Shown here piece after piece: positions 29,607 through 46,680 of a stretch of DNA of 64,000 bases; the first letter of the stretch is position 1; every line of letters begins with the position of its first letter. Source of the stretch: the human T2T-CHM13v2.0 reference genome, Homo sapiens. The translations under genes and the position numbers were made by a program. A model generated the notes under the pieces. It ran no database searches. It saw nothing but the letters and a program-made list of their open reading frames with translations, and was not told where the DNA came from. Location of the stretch: assembly GCF_009914755.1 (NCBI RefSeq), contig NC_060930.1, one strand, 5' to 3'.

Positions 29607-29624
29607 TCAATTTTAAAAAAAAAA

Positions 29625-30042
29625 AAAACAGCTTTAAGATATAATTTATATACCATACAATTTACCCACTAAAAGTGTCCAATTCAGTGATTTTTAGCAT
29701 ATTCACAGAGTTATGTGGCTATCACCACAACTGCAGAACATTCTCAATACCCCCCTCAAAAAATGCCATATCCATCGGCAGTCACTCTCCATTTCCCCCA
29801 ATTCCCCCAAGCCTAGGCAACCATTAATCTACTTTCCGTCTCCACGAATATGTCTGCTCTGGACATTTCACATCAATGGAATCATACAATACATGGTTCT
29901 TTATGACTGCTTATTTCACTTAATGTTATGTTTACAAAAAGTTCATCAATGTTATATATGGCATGTCACCACTTTAATCCATTTTATAAATTCCACTGTA
30001 TGAATATATCACATATTCTTCATCAGTTGATGGACATTTGGT
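29625..30042 (-). mobile_element. L1MB-like 3' end
   Basis: gcctaggcaaccattaatctacttt, ctggacatttcacatcaatggaatcatac, gatggacatttgg. Confidence 0.88.
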
Positions 30043-30197
30043 GACTCATTACAAAAATCTTTTTTCTTAAAAGAATTTTTTGTAGCCTTCCAAAAAATAC
30101 CTTTATTTACAATTTTTGTAGAAGCAATTTGGCAATTTATATTTACAATTTAAATGCTCATAGTCTTTTCCTAATTTATATTAAGAAACTATAGTTT

Positions 30198-30510
<313 letters not shown>

Positions 30511-30524
30511 TTAAGAAAATAATT

Positions 30525-31180
<656 letters not shown>

Positions 31181-31199
31181 TTAACAGGGGTATAACAGG

Positions 31200-31560
31200 A
31201 ATATATTAATGATGCTTTCTGGAGCACTGTTTACAGTGAAAAATTGGAAACACTCTAAATGTCCATCATTAGGGGATTAAGCAAAGAAATTATCATTCAT
31301 CCATATAATATAATATAGCAATTAAAAAGAACGAGGTAGACACCCATCTATTAACATGGAAAGGAAGGCATTATTCTGTTAAGTTAAAAAAGCAGGTTAG
31401 AGAACAGTTCATATAGATGATATTATTTATGCAAAACATATGCATACATACATATACACGGGTACCTGAACACACACCCATATTCTCTCTTTCTCAAAGA
31501 ATACACTCCAAACTTTTAGGAATGATTACTCTTAGACAGTAAAAGGGAAGAAAGGAGATT
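31200..31560 (+). mobile_element. Old L1 (L1ME-like) 3' fragment
   Basis: aattggaaacactctaaatgtccatcattagggga. Confidence 0.7.
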
Positions 31561-31662
31561 TTTTATTATTTCTCCTCTCTTAACCAGGAAGAAAAGCAGG
31601 GGAAAAAAAAAATCTTTAAAGCCCCAGATGTCATGTAATGGAAATTACAGAAATTCCTTGGG

Positions 31663-32150
31663 TTCTTTCTCTGCCTCCACCAAGTTCAGAGGCAGAGGCT
31701 TGGGTGCGCTGAAGATTCCCTATCACCAGTAAACCACCGGCATGGCCGAAGAAGGCACTGCTGCTGCTGGTATCATGGATGTTAATACTGCTTTACATGA
31801 GGATGGCCTAGCACGTGGAATTCACAAAGCTGGCAACTTTAGACAAGCACCGAGCCCATCTTTGTGTGTTTGCACCCAACTACGATGAGCCTGTGTATAT
31901 CAAGTTGGTGCAGGCCCTTTGCACTGAATACCAAATCAACCTAATTAAGGCTGATGACGACAGGAGACTAGGGGAATAGGTAGGCTTCTGTAAAACTGAC
32001 AAAGGAAAAACTCTGTAAAGTGGCTGGTTGCAATTGTGCAGTTGTGCTGTAGGACTATGGCAAAGAATCTCAGGTCAAGGATGTCACTGAAGAGTACTTC
32101 AAATGCAAGAAATGAACAAATAAAAAATTTTGCTCACATTCCTCAAAAAA
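31663..32150 (+). pseudogene. RPS12P: Processed pseudogene of ribosomal protein S12 (eS12)
   Basis: ATG at 31742 gives [27 protein letters not shown]..., C-terminus DYGKESQVKDVTEEYFKCKK* (TGA 32113-32115); intronless; 24 nt deletion (VLKTALIH), frameshifts, TGG>TAG stop; 5' pyrimidine leader, AATAAA at 32119 and short A tail; pseudogene number not determinable. Confidence 0.96.
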
Positions 32151-32190
32151 AATTTTTTTTTCTTCGAAACAGATTTAAAACAATCCGATC

Positions 32191-32496
32191 GGTTGGGTGC
32201 GGTGGCTCACACCTGTAATCCCAGCACTTTGGGAGGCCGAGGCAGGCAGATCACGAGGTCAGGAGATGGAGACCATCCTGGCTATCACGGTGAAACCCTG
32301 TCCCTGCTAAAAATACCAAAAAAATTAGCCAGGTGTGGTGGCGGGCACCTGTAGTCCCAGCTACTCCGAAGGCTGAGGCAGGAGAATGGCGTGAACCTGG
32401 GAGGCGGGCTTGCTTGCAATGAGCCAAGGTGGCACCACTGCACTCCAGCCTGGGCAACAGAGCGAGACTCCATCTCAAAAAAAAAAAAAAAAAAAA
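32191..32496 (+). mobile_element. AluY-like
   Basis: TSD aaaa.aatc.gatc. Confidence 0.95.
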
Positions 32497-32835
32497 TCAG
32501 ATCAGCATTTTTCTAACATCTAATAAACTCATATAGCTCAAGGACCACATCTTCCCCCTTTTAGGGAGTAGGTGATTGAAGGTTTTCACAAATCCCCTCA
32601 TCCCTTAGACTAGCTGCTCAATAAATAACAGCTGACTAAATAAGCTACCAGTGTTACATTTTAAGTATAATACACAGCATAATTTAAAATATAATATTAG
32701 GCTTCTCTGGAAAAATTTTTCTTAGTTTTCATATTAATAACCTGATTTTACATTCTTTTCAATATTATATCTTCCTTTATAAGACATTTTCACAACCCAA
32801 AACTAAATTGTCTATTACATGCATTTTTACAAGGA

Positions 32836-33151
32836 TTTTTTGTTATTGTTTATATTGTTGTTAGAGACAGGATCTCACTCTTCTTGACCAGGCTGGAGTG
32901 CAGTGTTGCGACCATAGCTCACTGTAGCCTCAAACTCATAGGCTCAAGGGATCCTCCCTCCTTAGCCTCCTGAGTAGCTGGGACCACAGGCACACAGCAT
33001 CACACCTGGCTAATTAAGAAAAAAAATTTTTTTAAGAGACGGGGTCTTGCTATGTTGTCCAAGCTGGTCTCAAACTCCTGGCCTCAAGTAACCCTTCCAC
33101 CTTGGCCTCCTAAAGCACTGGCATTACAGGTGTGTGCCACCACACCAGGCT
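32836..33151 (-). mobile_element. AluJ
   Basis: full dimer. Confidence 0.92.
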
Positions 33152-33164
33152 CATTTAAAAAAAC

Positions 33165-33302
33165 TTTTTTTGTAGAGATGGAATATCTCTCTACAAAAAA
33201 TGCTGGTGCCCAGGTTGGTCTTGAATTCATGGGCTCAAGCGATCCTCCTGCCGCCACCTCCCAAAGTGCTGAGATTACAGATGTGAGCCACGGCACCTGG
33301 CC
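33165..33302 (-). mobile_element. Alu left monomer (FLAM/AluJ)
   Basis: single arm abutting the previous Alu. Confidence 0.88.
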
Positions 33303-34234
33303 TACAAGTATTACTATACATGTCTTTACATTCAGAATCACTGAATATGAGAATTGATCTGGTCTAATCTCCTTGATGTACAAACGGACACTAGTTTCCA
33401 CAGGTGTTAAAGTTACTCCAGATCCTTCTATTAGTAGCGAAGCCAGGACTAGAACCAAGAACCTGGGTTTCTACCTGTTTTGATTTAAATATAACAATAA
33501 CAAACTCTATTCTACCAATTCAACACCCACTCTGCCTTCTTTCATTTGTGAAGTGCTCCCTTGAGTAACTGATAGGGCAAAGCTTCATGTAGACTTTTGC
33601 CACTTCACACCAATTTGGATATCTGACCAAACAAATTACCTATACAATAAGTAAAATCTTCCCTATAATTTCCACAAATATATTTGAAGAAGTGATTTTC
33701 TTGTGCCCATAAGACAATGTGCATTCACTATATTGGATGTAATACAAAAAGTAGCCATTTCTGGGTTTAAATTTGTCTTATTTAAGAACAGCAGTGCAAC
33801 TAATCTTAATGATTTGGTTGTTTGGATGAGATAATATTGAAGACAAAGTCATGGTTTACTAAAGCAAAGAAACTGTATGCTAAGTCTATAAGATGGCAAT
33901 TTCCTATTTTCTGTGACTCCTTTCAGAGTCTCAGGATAAGGCTGCACCAATTCAGTGTAGTTTGTTTCCATGCATTAACCTCTACAGGTAATTCATGCCA
34001 ATTTGTGTTCACACATCTACATTTTTGCCTAAATACATGCAAATTTATGCATCCCATCAACCACTGTCTTTTATATTTAAAGATGATGACACTAATAGTG
34101 ACTGTTATTCTTGTATACAGGTTTTCCTGAAAAGACTGCCATATTTTCCAGATCTTAAGCACAATTTTTAAAAAGTCTATTAACATTGCTTTAAATCTAC
34201 AGTCAAGCATTTTGAGTGTGAACAGCAAGCAAAG

Positions 34235-34463
34235 CAACGGACTTAGGTTCACAGTGCCAGGCTCCGTTCTAAGGACTCATCAAGTGGTAGCTCATTTAAC
34301 CTTACATCCGTAAGATGCAGGTATTATCATCCTCATTTACAAATGAGGAAGTTGAGGCATGGAGAGGACAGGTAACTCATCCAGGATCACACAGTAATAA
34401 GTGAAAAGGCTAGGATTTACTTTCAATCTGGCTCCAGAGTCTGTGCCTTTAACTACTGCTCTG
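34235..34463 (-). mobile_element. MIR
   Basis: cctcatttacaaatgaggaagttgaggc...ggctccagagtctgtgcc. Confidence 0.85.
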
Positions 34464-34719
34464 TTATTAGACTCAACAATAGGTCCATTACAAAGAAGGT
34501 CCAGAAAAATCCAGCATGTGCACACTTTTTCAAAGACCATCAACCATGCAGCCAAGTGCCACCTGTTTGTGGTCCTCCCTGATTAGCAGTCTTGTCCATC
34601 ATCTACTTTGTGCCTAGCACTGCAAAAGCAACCAAGATGGAAACAAACCCAATATGCAAGAGATTTACTATCTAGGTAGGGAGGCAAGTTATGCCTAAGC
34701 AGCAAAGGTGGTGTTAGGC

Positions 34720-35986
<1,267 letters not shown>

Positions 35987-37018
35987 CAGGCTTATCACAA
36001 TATTTAAAGACATGATGTGTCTCATGGCCAGATAGAGTTGTTTGGTGTTTTTCCTCTTCACATTGTCATAAAGCTTAACATGACAATGACTTCACATACT
36101 TTTTCAAAACACTTTAAAAGAACAGCCTGAGGTTTAGACCAGCCTTCCTCTAGGAAACAGTCACAGAAAACATTTTCAATGGTGAAATGTCTCTAAAAGC
36201 TCTCACCAAACCCTGCTTTTGAAGCAGCTTCAGTCTGATAAACTGACACAGAAATAAAAAGCTTCTCATATAATAGACACCCGCCTTTACAAGCTGCTAA
36301 GCTGCCACTCACAATTATACCTCAGGCACAAGGAGGGTTTTACTCACCAGCCATTCTAATCAATTGCAATTTGTCTTTGGTGGCATTAATTTCATCTACT
36401 ATCGCTAGATGATCATCAAATCAACCTAAATTCCTCAAAAGATACTGAAGGGGTTTGCAAAAATTCTTCCCTAAAAAATATTCTCTGGCTGTCCATTCCT
36501 CTCAGCAGTAATGTTCCTCCCAATTGCTTTTTAAGAATACTTATGTTTGCATATGGTGTTCTGGACAGCACACATCTGACTATATCTAGTTAGATACATC
36601 AAACTTCTGAGTAACTGAAATTGCTAAGTAAAATATCTATAAATAGGCAAATACACAGTCTGTGGCTTATAACATTCGTTTAGAAGCTATATATAGTAAA
36701 AAGTATTCTCTATAGATGTAGTACAGCTGTTATTTGAATTGTGACACGCAAAGACAATATGTATTTGAACAGCAGTTTACTTCTTTTATCAACTATCCTC
36801 ATGTTTCAAATTTGACAGTTTTATTCCATTTCTTCATCTTCACCTTGAATATACAATGTGATATTTCAATTATATGATTTATTCTTATACTTTAATTCCA
36901 TTTATTCCATCTAATCCATTGTCAAGGTGTTGTATTCATCCGAATGCAAAACTGATTTTCATCTACTACTTATTCAATACATAAAAATCCAATTATAAAA
37001 CCATGTTGACAATGCTAA

Positions 37019-37268
<250 letters not shown>

Positions 37269-37339
37269 TGTCATTTATCTCTAAATAAAAAAATTACTGT
37301 AAGTCATATATAGGTCACTGTTTAAGGAGCTACATACAT

Positions 37340-37430
37340 CTTATCATTCATTCAATGTTTACTCCGTGCTAGGTATACAATGACAAGCAAAACTGACATC
37401 ATGCCTGAAGCTTCATAAGAGCTTCTAGAG
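37340..37430 (-). mobile_element. L2 3' end
   Basis: tcattcattcaa...gtgctaggtatacaatgacaagc. Confidence 0.6.
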
Positions 37431-37902
37431 ACAGCCTCATCTATGTTATAGAGACTGCATGAAAAATAGCCATGCCCATACAAAGCAATGCATTTTAAAT
37501 ACATTTGCAAATTACTCTTTATTACTTACACTACATTATGTTTGGGAGATGCAATGCAAAAAAAGAGTTTTATAAAATATTCCATTGCCACCAAAAATAA
37601 AGTTCTCGGAACACCAGATGTTTCTCTGTAGGAACACATAAGAGTCAAGGGTTGGAAAGCAGCAGAGGAAAGAATGTATTCTTAGAAAAATAAACTGGAT
37701 AGAAACAGGCAGTCAGTGTAAACAACTCTAAAATAAAATGATCTCAACACCTTCTGTATCAACAAGTAGAGAGTACTCCTCTTCAGGCAGAATTGATTAT
37801 TTTCAATTATATTTCCTAAACCTCCACATTAACCCAAAATAAACATGAAAGTCAGGGACATCTAATGGTAGCTTTCCTTATTCAATTAAAAGCTATCAGT
37901 TC

Positions 37903-38213
<311 letters not shown>

Positions 38214-39041
38214 ACTCTCAGTTCTCACCAATTAACATGTCCTCCCCAAATGGTGGCTAGAAAAAGGTTTATCATGCATTCATTTTGAATGGCATTTGTG
38301 ATTCCTCAACCCATGGGGAAATTTTAGGAGTTAAAAATCTGCCAACAAGGTAAAATCATAAAAAAAGGTTATGAGTCAAAGGGAAAATCACTCTTTAGTA
38401 ACTAAAAAAAAGTAAACATTCTTTGAGAGTAGCAAAAAGAGAGCGAGTATAAAAAATAATTTTGGATTTTGCCTTAACTGGAAACACTAATGGACCAGCC
38501 TCTGGGCACCAATGTTTGTTGACTAAACTTAACAAATGAATTATAACTAAAAATAACACTGCTAAACTTTAAAACCAAGATGTTTTTGCTAAGCAAACTC
38601 TCCCCACAAATAGGTATCTCTTTCTATGTATTAACTATGCATTTATGAATGTGATCAGCCTGGCTAACAAATCAGTGACCATTTTGGGGTAATAACCTTC
38701 AATACTATTACCCAAAGAGGGATCCTCTTATATCAGTTATAGTTGGGGTTGGGGTACAGGGCAGCTCCTTCCTTTACCCAGGGGATATATCGAGAGCATC
38801 ATCTCTCAGGAGGAGGTGAGATTTTTAAGTTGATCCAAAGGGACCATGGGTTTTAAATGTTTCAGAAATATTTTTATATGTCATTCCTCAGAGGTATATT
38901 CCCAGCAGAATAAAGGAATGTAAAGAATTGTGGTGTCTATCATATAGTAGTGCAGGAGAAACAGCAAAGTAAAAGTGAAATGAGCTGGGAAGAAGCCCCT
39001 ACTGACTTCGTCATCAAGGAGTGAATTCACAGTATAACGTA

Positions 39042-39470
39042 TCATTCATTCTTTCATTGTTTTTGAGCACGAATTGAGTACCGAACACTGCACTAGACCC
39101 CTTTCAAGATCCACAGTAGGAGAAACTAAGCCTCCTTTCAAGAAGCGTAGCATCTTTCAGTTCAAAAAAGTATTAAACAGCAGATTAACAAGTACATAAA
39201 AATATGGTTAAAATTATCTACATAATATTACAGGGGCTTAATGTTAAGCCAAGGGTCAGAGAAAGATTCTTAAAGGAAGACGTATGCTGAAACATCCAAA
39301 AGGAACCAATGAATGTGAGTTTGCAGAGAGGAGGCTAAAAGAGCACCTCAAACTGGAGAAAATACGGAAGTGGAAACTGGGATGTGCAGCTTAATGAGAT
39401 CTGGACTTGGCAAGGAGGTGGACTTCACTAGTGTGGGCTGGTAAGGGGACCTGGAAAGGAGCTGGGATTC
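39042..39470 (-). mobile_element. L2 fragment
   Basis: tcattcattctttca...ttgagcac; degenerate L2 body. Confidence 0.55.
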
Positions 39471-40049
39471 CAAAGGTGGAAGGTAGCAACTGATGTGGGA
39501 TAATAAATAAGTTATTAAGATAGGCAATAAATCATGTCCCAGCATGAAAGGGACCTAAAACCACCCCAAAATTGGCCCAACAAGCACCAAGCATATTGTA
39601 AGCCCTTTATATTCTCCCCGAATTAGGTTGGACCATGTAGAGTCAAATTGAACTTTTAATATTTTACCAACTGACTACCATAAATTTGACATTAAACAAA
39701 ACAGCCCAGTGACTGTATTTATAGTAGAGATGTTATTGAAGATATTGTTCTCTAAATAACACTAAAAGGACAGAAAGATCCTTCACCCAGGGCTTAGTAA
39801 ATAGAATAGCTATGTTCTTTTTGAGCAACTAGCTTGTTTTCTTCTTATATACAATTGTATAACAGTTATTTTCCTGTTTGCATGGGCTTCTAGGATCCTC
39901 CAGCCAAGTAAGATGTCCACCTCCAGCAACGACATAGACTGCAGCGCACACCAGGCGTCTTACCTCTAGTTTCAAATTCTTCTCTTATTCTCACCTAAGC
40001 CCTGTGTTCCTCTGTATTCTAGGGTGCTTAGTGTTTGGTTGGCAACATT

Positions 40050-40202
40050 GTCTATTTTCCACATCTTAAAATTTCAGAATTGGGATACATTTGACAATCA
40101 AGGTTTAATAGTTCAACGGGCAATGGTTTTTCTTTTGTGTGGCACCTACATACCAATGTGTCTTATAATTGATGGTATTTTAGGTGCACTGAAAATATGG
40201 TA
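40050..40202. mobile_element. Tc2-type MITE (MER104/Kanga-like)
   Basis: ttgggatacatttgacaatc and terminus gaaaatatggta. Confidence 0.5.
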
Positions 40203-40205
40203 ATA

Positions 40206-40536
<331 letters not shown>

Positions 40537-41268
40537 TCAAGCTTTTGCTGCAAAGGCTGAGGAGAAGAAGCAATAAGTCATAAGGGAGACCGTTAAAAAA
40601 GCAGAGCGAGGAGAAAATTTGTGCAGGCAAGTAGCAACGGAGGGAACAGATGACACGGACCACAGAGATGAGCACAGCCAGGAAGAGGCAGCAGCCAGAG
40701 AGGCTCCACTTGAAAGAGGGTGGGGCAGGACACAACCATCTGTACCGGCCCTGCCCTCAGGAACAGCTGATGCTGGTGTGGGGGCTGTGTGCAAGTAAGG
40801 CTGAGTCTGGACAACATCCACAGGCACCCGGAGGCAGCTCAACCACAGAGTACTTCTGTTATATCTACTCTGGCCAGACAAATTCCTGTGGTCCTCTCTC
40901 TCTCTCTCCCTTTCCTCTGAGCTTCCATACATTGGAGGTGTAACACAGCCAATCTACACCTTTCCATTTAATTGGAATCTTCCTCATGCTTGACTCAAAT
41001 TTTATTTCTCCAATTAGTTCTGGCTTATTAATGACAATGCAATGAATAGAATCAAACTGATGTTATCAGCCAGCCCCAAAGTTTCTTACTCAGATGCATC
41101 TGATTCAGCCCGTTAGACTCAGATCTGTCTGTCCCCTCCCCCACTACACTGTAAACTCAAAGTGCATAAAGATAATTGTTTATCCTATATGATTATAATT
41201 ACATAACCAGCAGGTCTAGTCATCAAATAATTTTGCTTCCCTTTAAATGTTGTGACCAATGGAAGTGA

Positions 41269-41601
<333 letters not shown>

Positions 41602-41725
41602 TAGAAGAGCATCATGTGAAGTAACATGGATAGATAAGGTCTTACAATATGAAGAAATATATTACCGATGACCACAAAAGGGCCCCAAGAGATTTGAGAT
41701 TTGTAGGATAGATTTGTTCTATATC

Positions 41726-42015
41726 TTTCTTTTTTTGAGACAGAGTCTTGCTGTGTCGCCTAGGCTGGAGTGCTGCGCGTGATCGCAGCTTACTGCAACC
41801 TCCGCCTCCTGGGTTCCAACGATTCCCCTGCCTCAGGCTCCCAAGTAGCTGGGATTACAGGCACGCGCCACCACGCCCTGCTAATTTTTGCATTTTTAGT
41901 AGAGACAGGGTTCCACCATGTTGGCCAAGCTGGTTTCATACTCCTGACCTTGTGATCCGCCCACCTCAGCCTCCCAAAGTGTTGGGATTACGGGCGTGAG
42001 CCACCATGCCTGGCC
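41726..42015 (-). mobile_element. AluS
   Basis: TSD at.tgttctatatctt. Confidence 0.95.
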
Positions 42016-42130
42016 AATATGTTCTATATCTTAATGGTGATAGTGGTTAATCAGGCATATGCAATTGTAAAAACTCAAGAAAGTGTACCCTTAAAATGGG
42101 TGCATTTTATCGTAGATAAATTTACACCTC

Positions 42131-42308
42131 AGCTAGGCACAATGGGTCATGCTTGTAATTCCAGCACTTTGGAAGTCTCAGGCAGGAGGATAGCTTGATT
42201 CCAGGAGGTTCGTGGTTACAGTGAGCTATGATGATGCCACTGCACTCCAGTCTGGGTGACAGAGTGAGACCCTGTCTCTGAACACCCACACCCACACACA
42301 CCCACACC
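42131..42308 (+). mobile_element. FRAM-like Alu monomer with (CCCACA)n tail, inside an old L1 end
   Basis: right-arm-type monomer. Confidence 0.8.
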
Positions 42309-42960
42309 TCTCAATAAGGTTAATTTTAAAGTATATTAGCCAAGAACTAATTATTCAGTTTAGAGTAAATCAGCTCCATCAACTCTCTTCCTTCTCTTAC
42401 AGCAGCTCATATCGTAGCCATCGCCCTAATTCTTATAAAACAAACACCCTTGAAAAATATAACTGATAATCAGAAAAGCCCAAGTTTCTACTTTTTACAA
42501 GCTGTGATCATTCACTGGCCTAAAAGGATGTTGTAATAAATCTTGTCTGTGGTTCTCAAAGGTTGACATCAAGTAATTGTACTTTATTCTCTATTGCCCT
42601 CAAATATATATATATATTTAGAAAGCAAAAATTAAAATAAGTACTAAACCCAATCATTGGATAAAATATAAGTAAATCAAATTTATAAAAATCAGTAGAA
42701 AAGTCAGTGTTATCTACTTTATAAAAACAGTAGAAAATGTCGGTGAGGAAGAAAGTGTAGGTGGAATCCTATCAAAATAAGCATGCACCAATGCTGCTTT
42801 CTCGAAGAGAAAGACAGAAGTTTAAAGAATTTTTTTTTGAAATAACATAGACAATTGGACAAAAATGATACTAGTCTGGCAAATTTTTCATGGGCTTAGG
42901 TCAGTAGAGCTTCACAGTTGTTTTGATTTTATCCCAGATAACCCAGGTCAATGTTTTTAG

Positions 42961-43289
<329 letters not shown>

Positions 43290-44005
43290 AGGATTTTAAA
43301 AATCAAAGGAAACACATGTGTCCCAAATGAAAAGGTTACAAGCTTTCCAAGAAGTCTGGATTAATTTTCTCTAATTGTTCTTAGTATCATGTTTAGATAT
43401 CCTAATCATATTTAATCTTTAGCTATGTTCTGTCTGCAAATTTACTTAGGTGATAAATAAGTGTTGTTTCCATACAACCATCTAGCCATACAAACCATCT
43501 AGAACTTTACTAAGAATAGTATTCAAATATGAAATATCATAGGTAGAGATGAATAAGGCTTTTGTTGTATATGATTCAAATCTCCTACAGACCATTTTAA
43601 TAACCAGTATTTCAATAATTATTGAGAGAAACTCAGAGTTCACATGCAGAAATGGTTCTCCAATCCTTACAAGATTTCACATAGCTTTTACTGAGTCAAA
43701 AGTTCCATTCTCTTTTTAGCAGCAGGAAGGAAAATAAATTATTACAAGTGACTCAAAACAAAGCAATTTAACTGTGCTTCATTAGTGAGATGTTTTCAGA
43801 GCATAGCAATAAAGATATGTGTGATGTTAAATCTCATTACTTATCCAGTGGCTTTATTAACAGGGTTGATCTTGACCTTGTTAATTTATGTTTGTCTTTT
43901 TGGTGATAGATAACACATTATCTTTAGTCATAATTTTAGATTAAGGAATAACCACAAACTCATCAAATTATTTGCTTGTAAAATTAAAAAGACGTACAAT
44001 CTTTA

Positions 44006-44374
<369 letters not shown>

Positions 44375-44964
44375 CTAAAATGAAAATTGTCAAAGTCAAC
44401 TCATAAAAATTATGTGTATGTATGCGTTATTTTTTATGTGTGCTATTTTTTATTTTATTTTTATTTCCATCTCTAAAGTGGCCTAACATAGCAACCTTAG
44501 TACCCATGAGAATACCCTAGTATACCCATTAGAATTTGTCTCTAATGTCCTTTTCCTCTAAAGGGACTTAATATCTTGAAACAGTTAATATTCAAGACTC
44601 TGAATTTTTTTTTTTTTTTTTTGACAGTGAGCAGGATTCTTTCAAAAGTTCTGAAAAAAAAAAAAAACCCATGATTTAGAAGACTTTTAATGGTCAAGTA
44701 TGACAATCTGAGCACTAACAAGAAAGGAGGGGTGAATAAATATAGAGTGTCTCCTAGATCTAATCCCAACACAACACAGTGCTTGATGGTTTCAACATGG
44801 ATCGGTATGGATTCACTTGACCACATCCTTCCCATCAGATAGTTTTGAGAAATGTATCAAAAATTGTTTTTATTGTTAACATCATTATGTGTCTCACTAC
44901 TTCAGCTTCATCCTTCTGTCTTATGATTCTTATTATTGCACGAACAATAATAACACACACTAAG

Positions 44965-45145
44965 AAAAATATCTAACATTTTTTGAGTATTTGCTGTAAA
45001 TACTCAAAGCGTATTATTTATTTTACATGAAGTTGGAAATTAAAGCACAGTGAGGTTAAGCAGCGTGCCCAAAATCACCCAGCTGGGAAGTGCAGGTCCA
45101 GGCTGAGGGAACCTGGACTCCAGAGGTAATGCTCCTAATACTGCT
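44965..45145 (-). mobile_element. MIR
   Basis: gcacagtgaggttaagcagcgtgcccaaaatcacccagct. Confidence 0.75.
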
Positions 45146-46586
45146 TCCTTAATTAGGGAAAGAAAATACCAAATATTCCAGCAGTACCTAACTTGATTTA
45201 GTAGACACTCTATTCCCTTTTGGTATTATGCACTTTCTCAGGGGAAAAGTAATCCGAGGAGATAAAAACTTTGGTGAAGGAAAATGTTAAAGATAAACCA
45301 AAACAGAAAATTTCAACAAGGCAGAACTTTGTCTTGGACTAAACATTCAGCTGAACCTAGTGCTGTAAATTTTTAGATAGTGCTACCGCCTCAAGGCAAT
45401 ATGCAATTGCTGTGTTTTCATAATCTTAAAAACTCAGTAGTTATTCACTCAGTGGTATAAACTACCAAGCACAGAAAAAGGAAAATGCATCACAATGTTA
45501 AAAGAATGAGTAAACTGTATTTTACCTCTAATATCTTATATTTTCAAAGTGTTCAACAGTGAATGGGCATCACATTTATAATTAGAAAAAAGCTATATTA
45601 AAAACAAAGTTCTTATGAATAAAGAAAGAGAGAACTCATCTTATGCTCAATCACTCAAGGATGGAAAACTAAACTTCTCTAGGGCAGAGAAAACTATCCG
45701 AAGTCTTTCTGGAAGACTGCAGGTGTCAGGAGCAGAGATGCCTGGTTATCCATTTCCATAGTCATGATGCCCCCACACACAGACTGCTATCAGCAACAAC
45801 TTTGTATAAGCTGCTCCCCATCTTTTACTCTCCAAAGGAAAGACCTGCAGTGTTAGGTTTCCTCCTGCTCCCAACTGCCCAGCCACTGAGCCATCTGCCT
45901 TCCTGCTCTGATTTCTGAACCAAGAAGGCTCAACCATGGGACTAGGACCCGCTGATGTTTGACAATCACTGTGAGATGCATCACAAGTAACTTGTTAATA
46001 AGGTGCTCATTAAATAAGTCTGTAAAAGCTTACTTAATAAAGTCTGTGAAGGTCTTAATAAATGCTTAATAAAGCCTGCAAATGGCTTATTTAAAAATAT
46101 AAATAAAAACAGGTTCAAAGCTATCCCCTGTAGACTGCCATTTTCACATGACTTCCATTCCAATGTACATTCTTGGACGGCATACTGAGAATTGCCCACA
46201 ATGCTGAGAACCCCTGGGGGACTGACAAACGTAGGCATATTATTTGACATGTGTGCTGCAGTGGGGAACAAAAAAATGTTGAAAACTGCCACAAGAGTAA
46301 GCAGAAGCTGCAGCATCAACCCAATGGCCAATTAGGAACCAGAGAACGAGAAGAACCCAGAGATCCCCGCTTACTCACCAGGAGAAAGAAGAGTAAGCAG
46401 GCCAGCAGCCCTGCCACTCACAGGGCTGTCCCAGATTCACAGGCAATGGACTCCAGGTGGAGCTGGAGGAAGAGGCCCTGGCAATCTACCAGTACCTCTC
46501 CTTTCTCTCAATTCTTTCACTCCAGTCCTCTCTCCCTATGACAACAGGAGGAACAGCTTCTCATGCTGACTCACAAGAATGCCCAA

Positions 46587-46680
46587 CTACATCAGGTTGG
46601 TGTAGGGTCCATTCATCCAGTCTGGGACCACACACCACCTCTGGGTGTATAGCTCTGGCAGTACAGGAAATGAAACATCC
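46587..46680 (+). repeat. 94 bp direct repeat, copy 1 (donor)
   Basis: 93/94 identical to 47151-47244. Confidence 0.97.
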
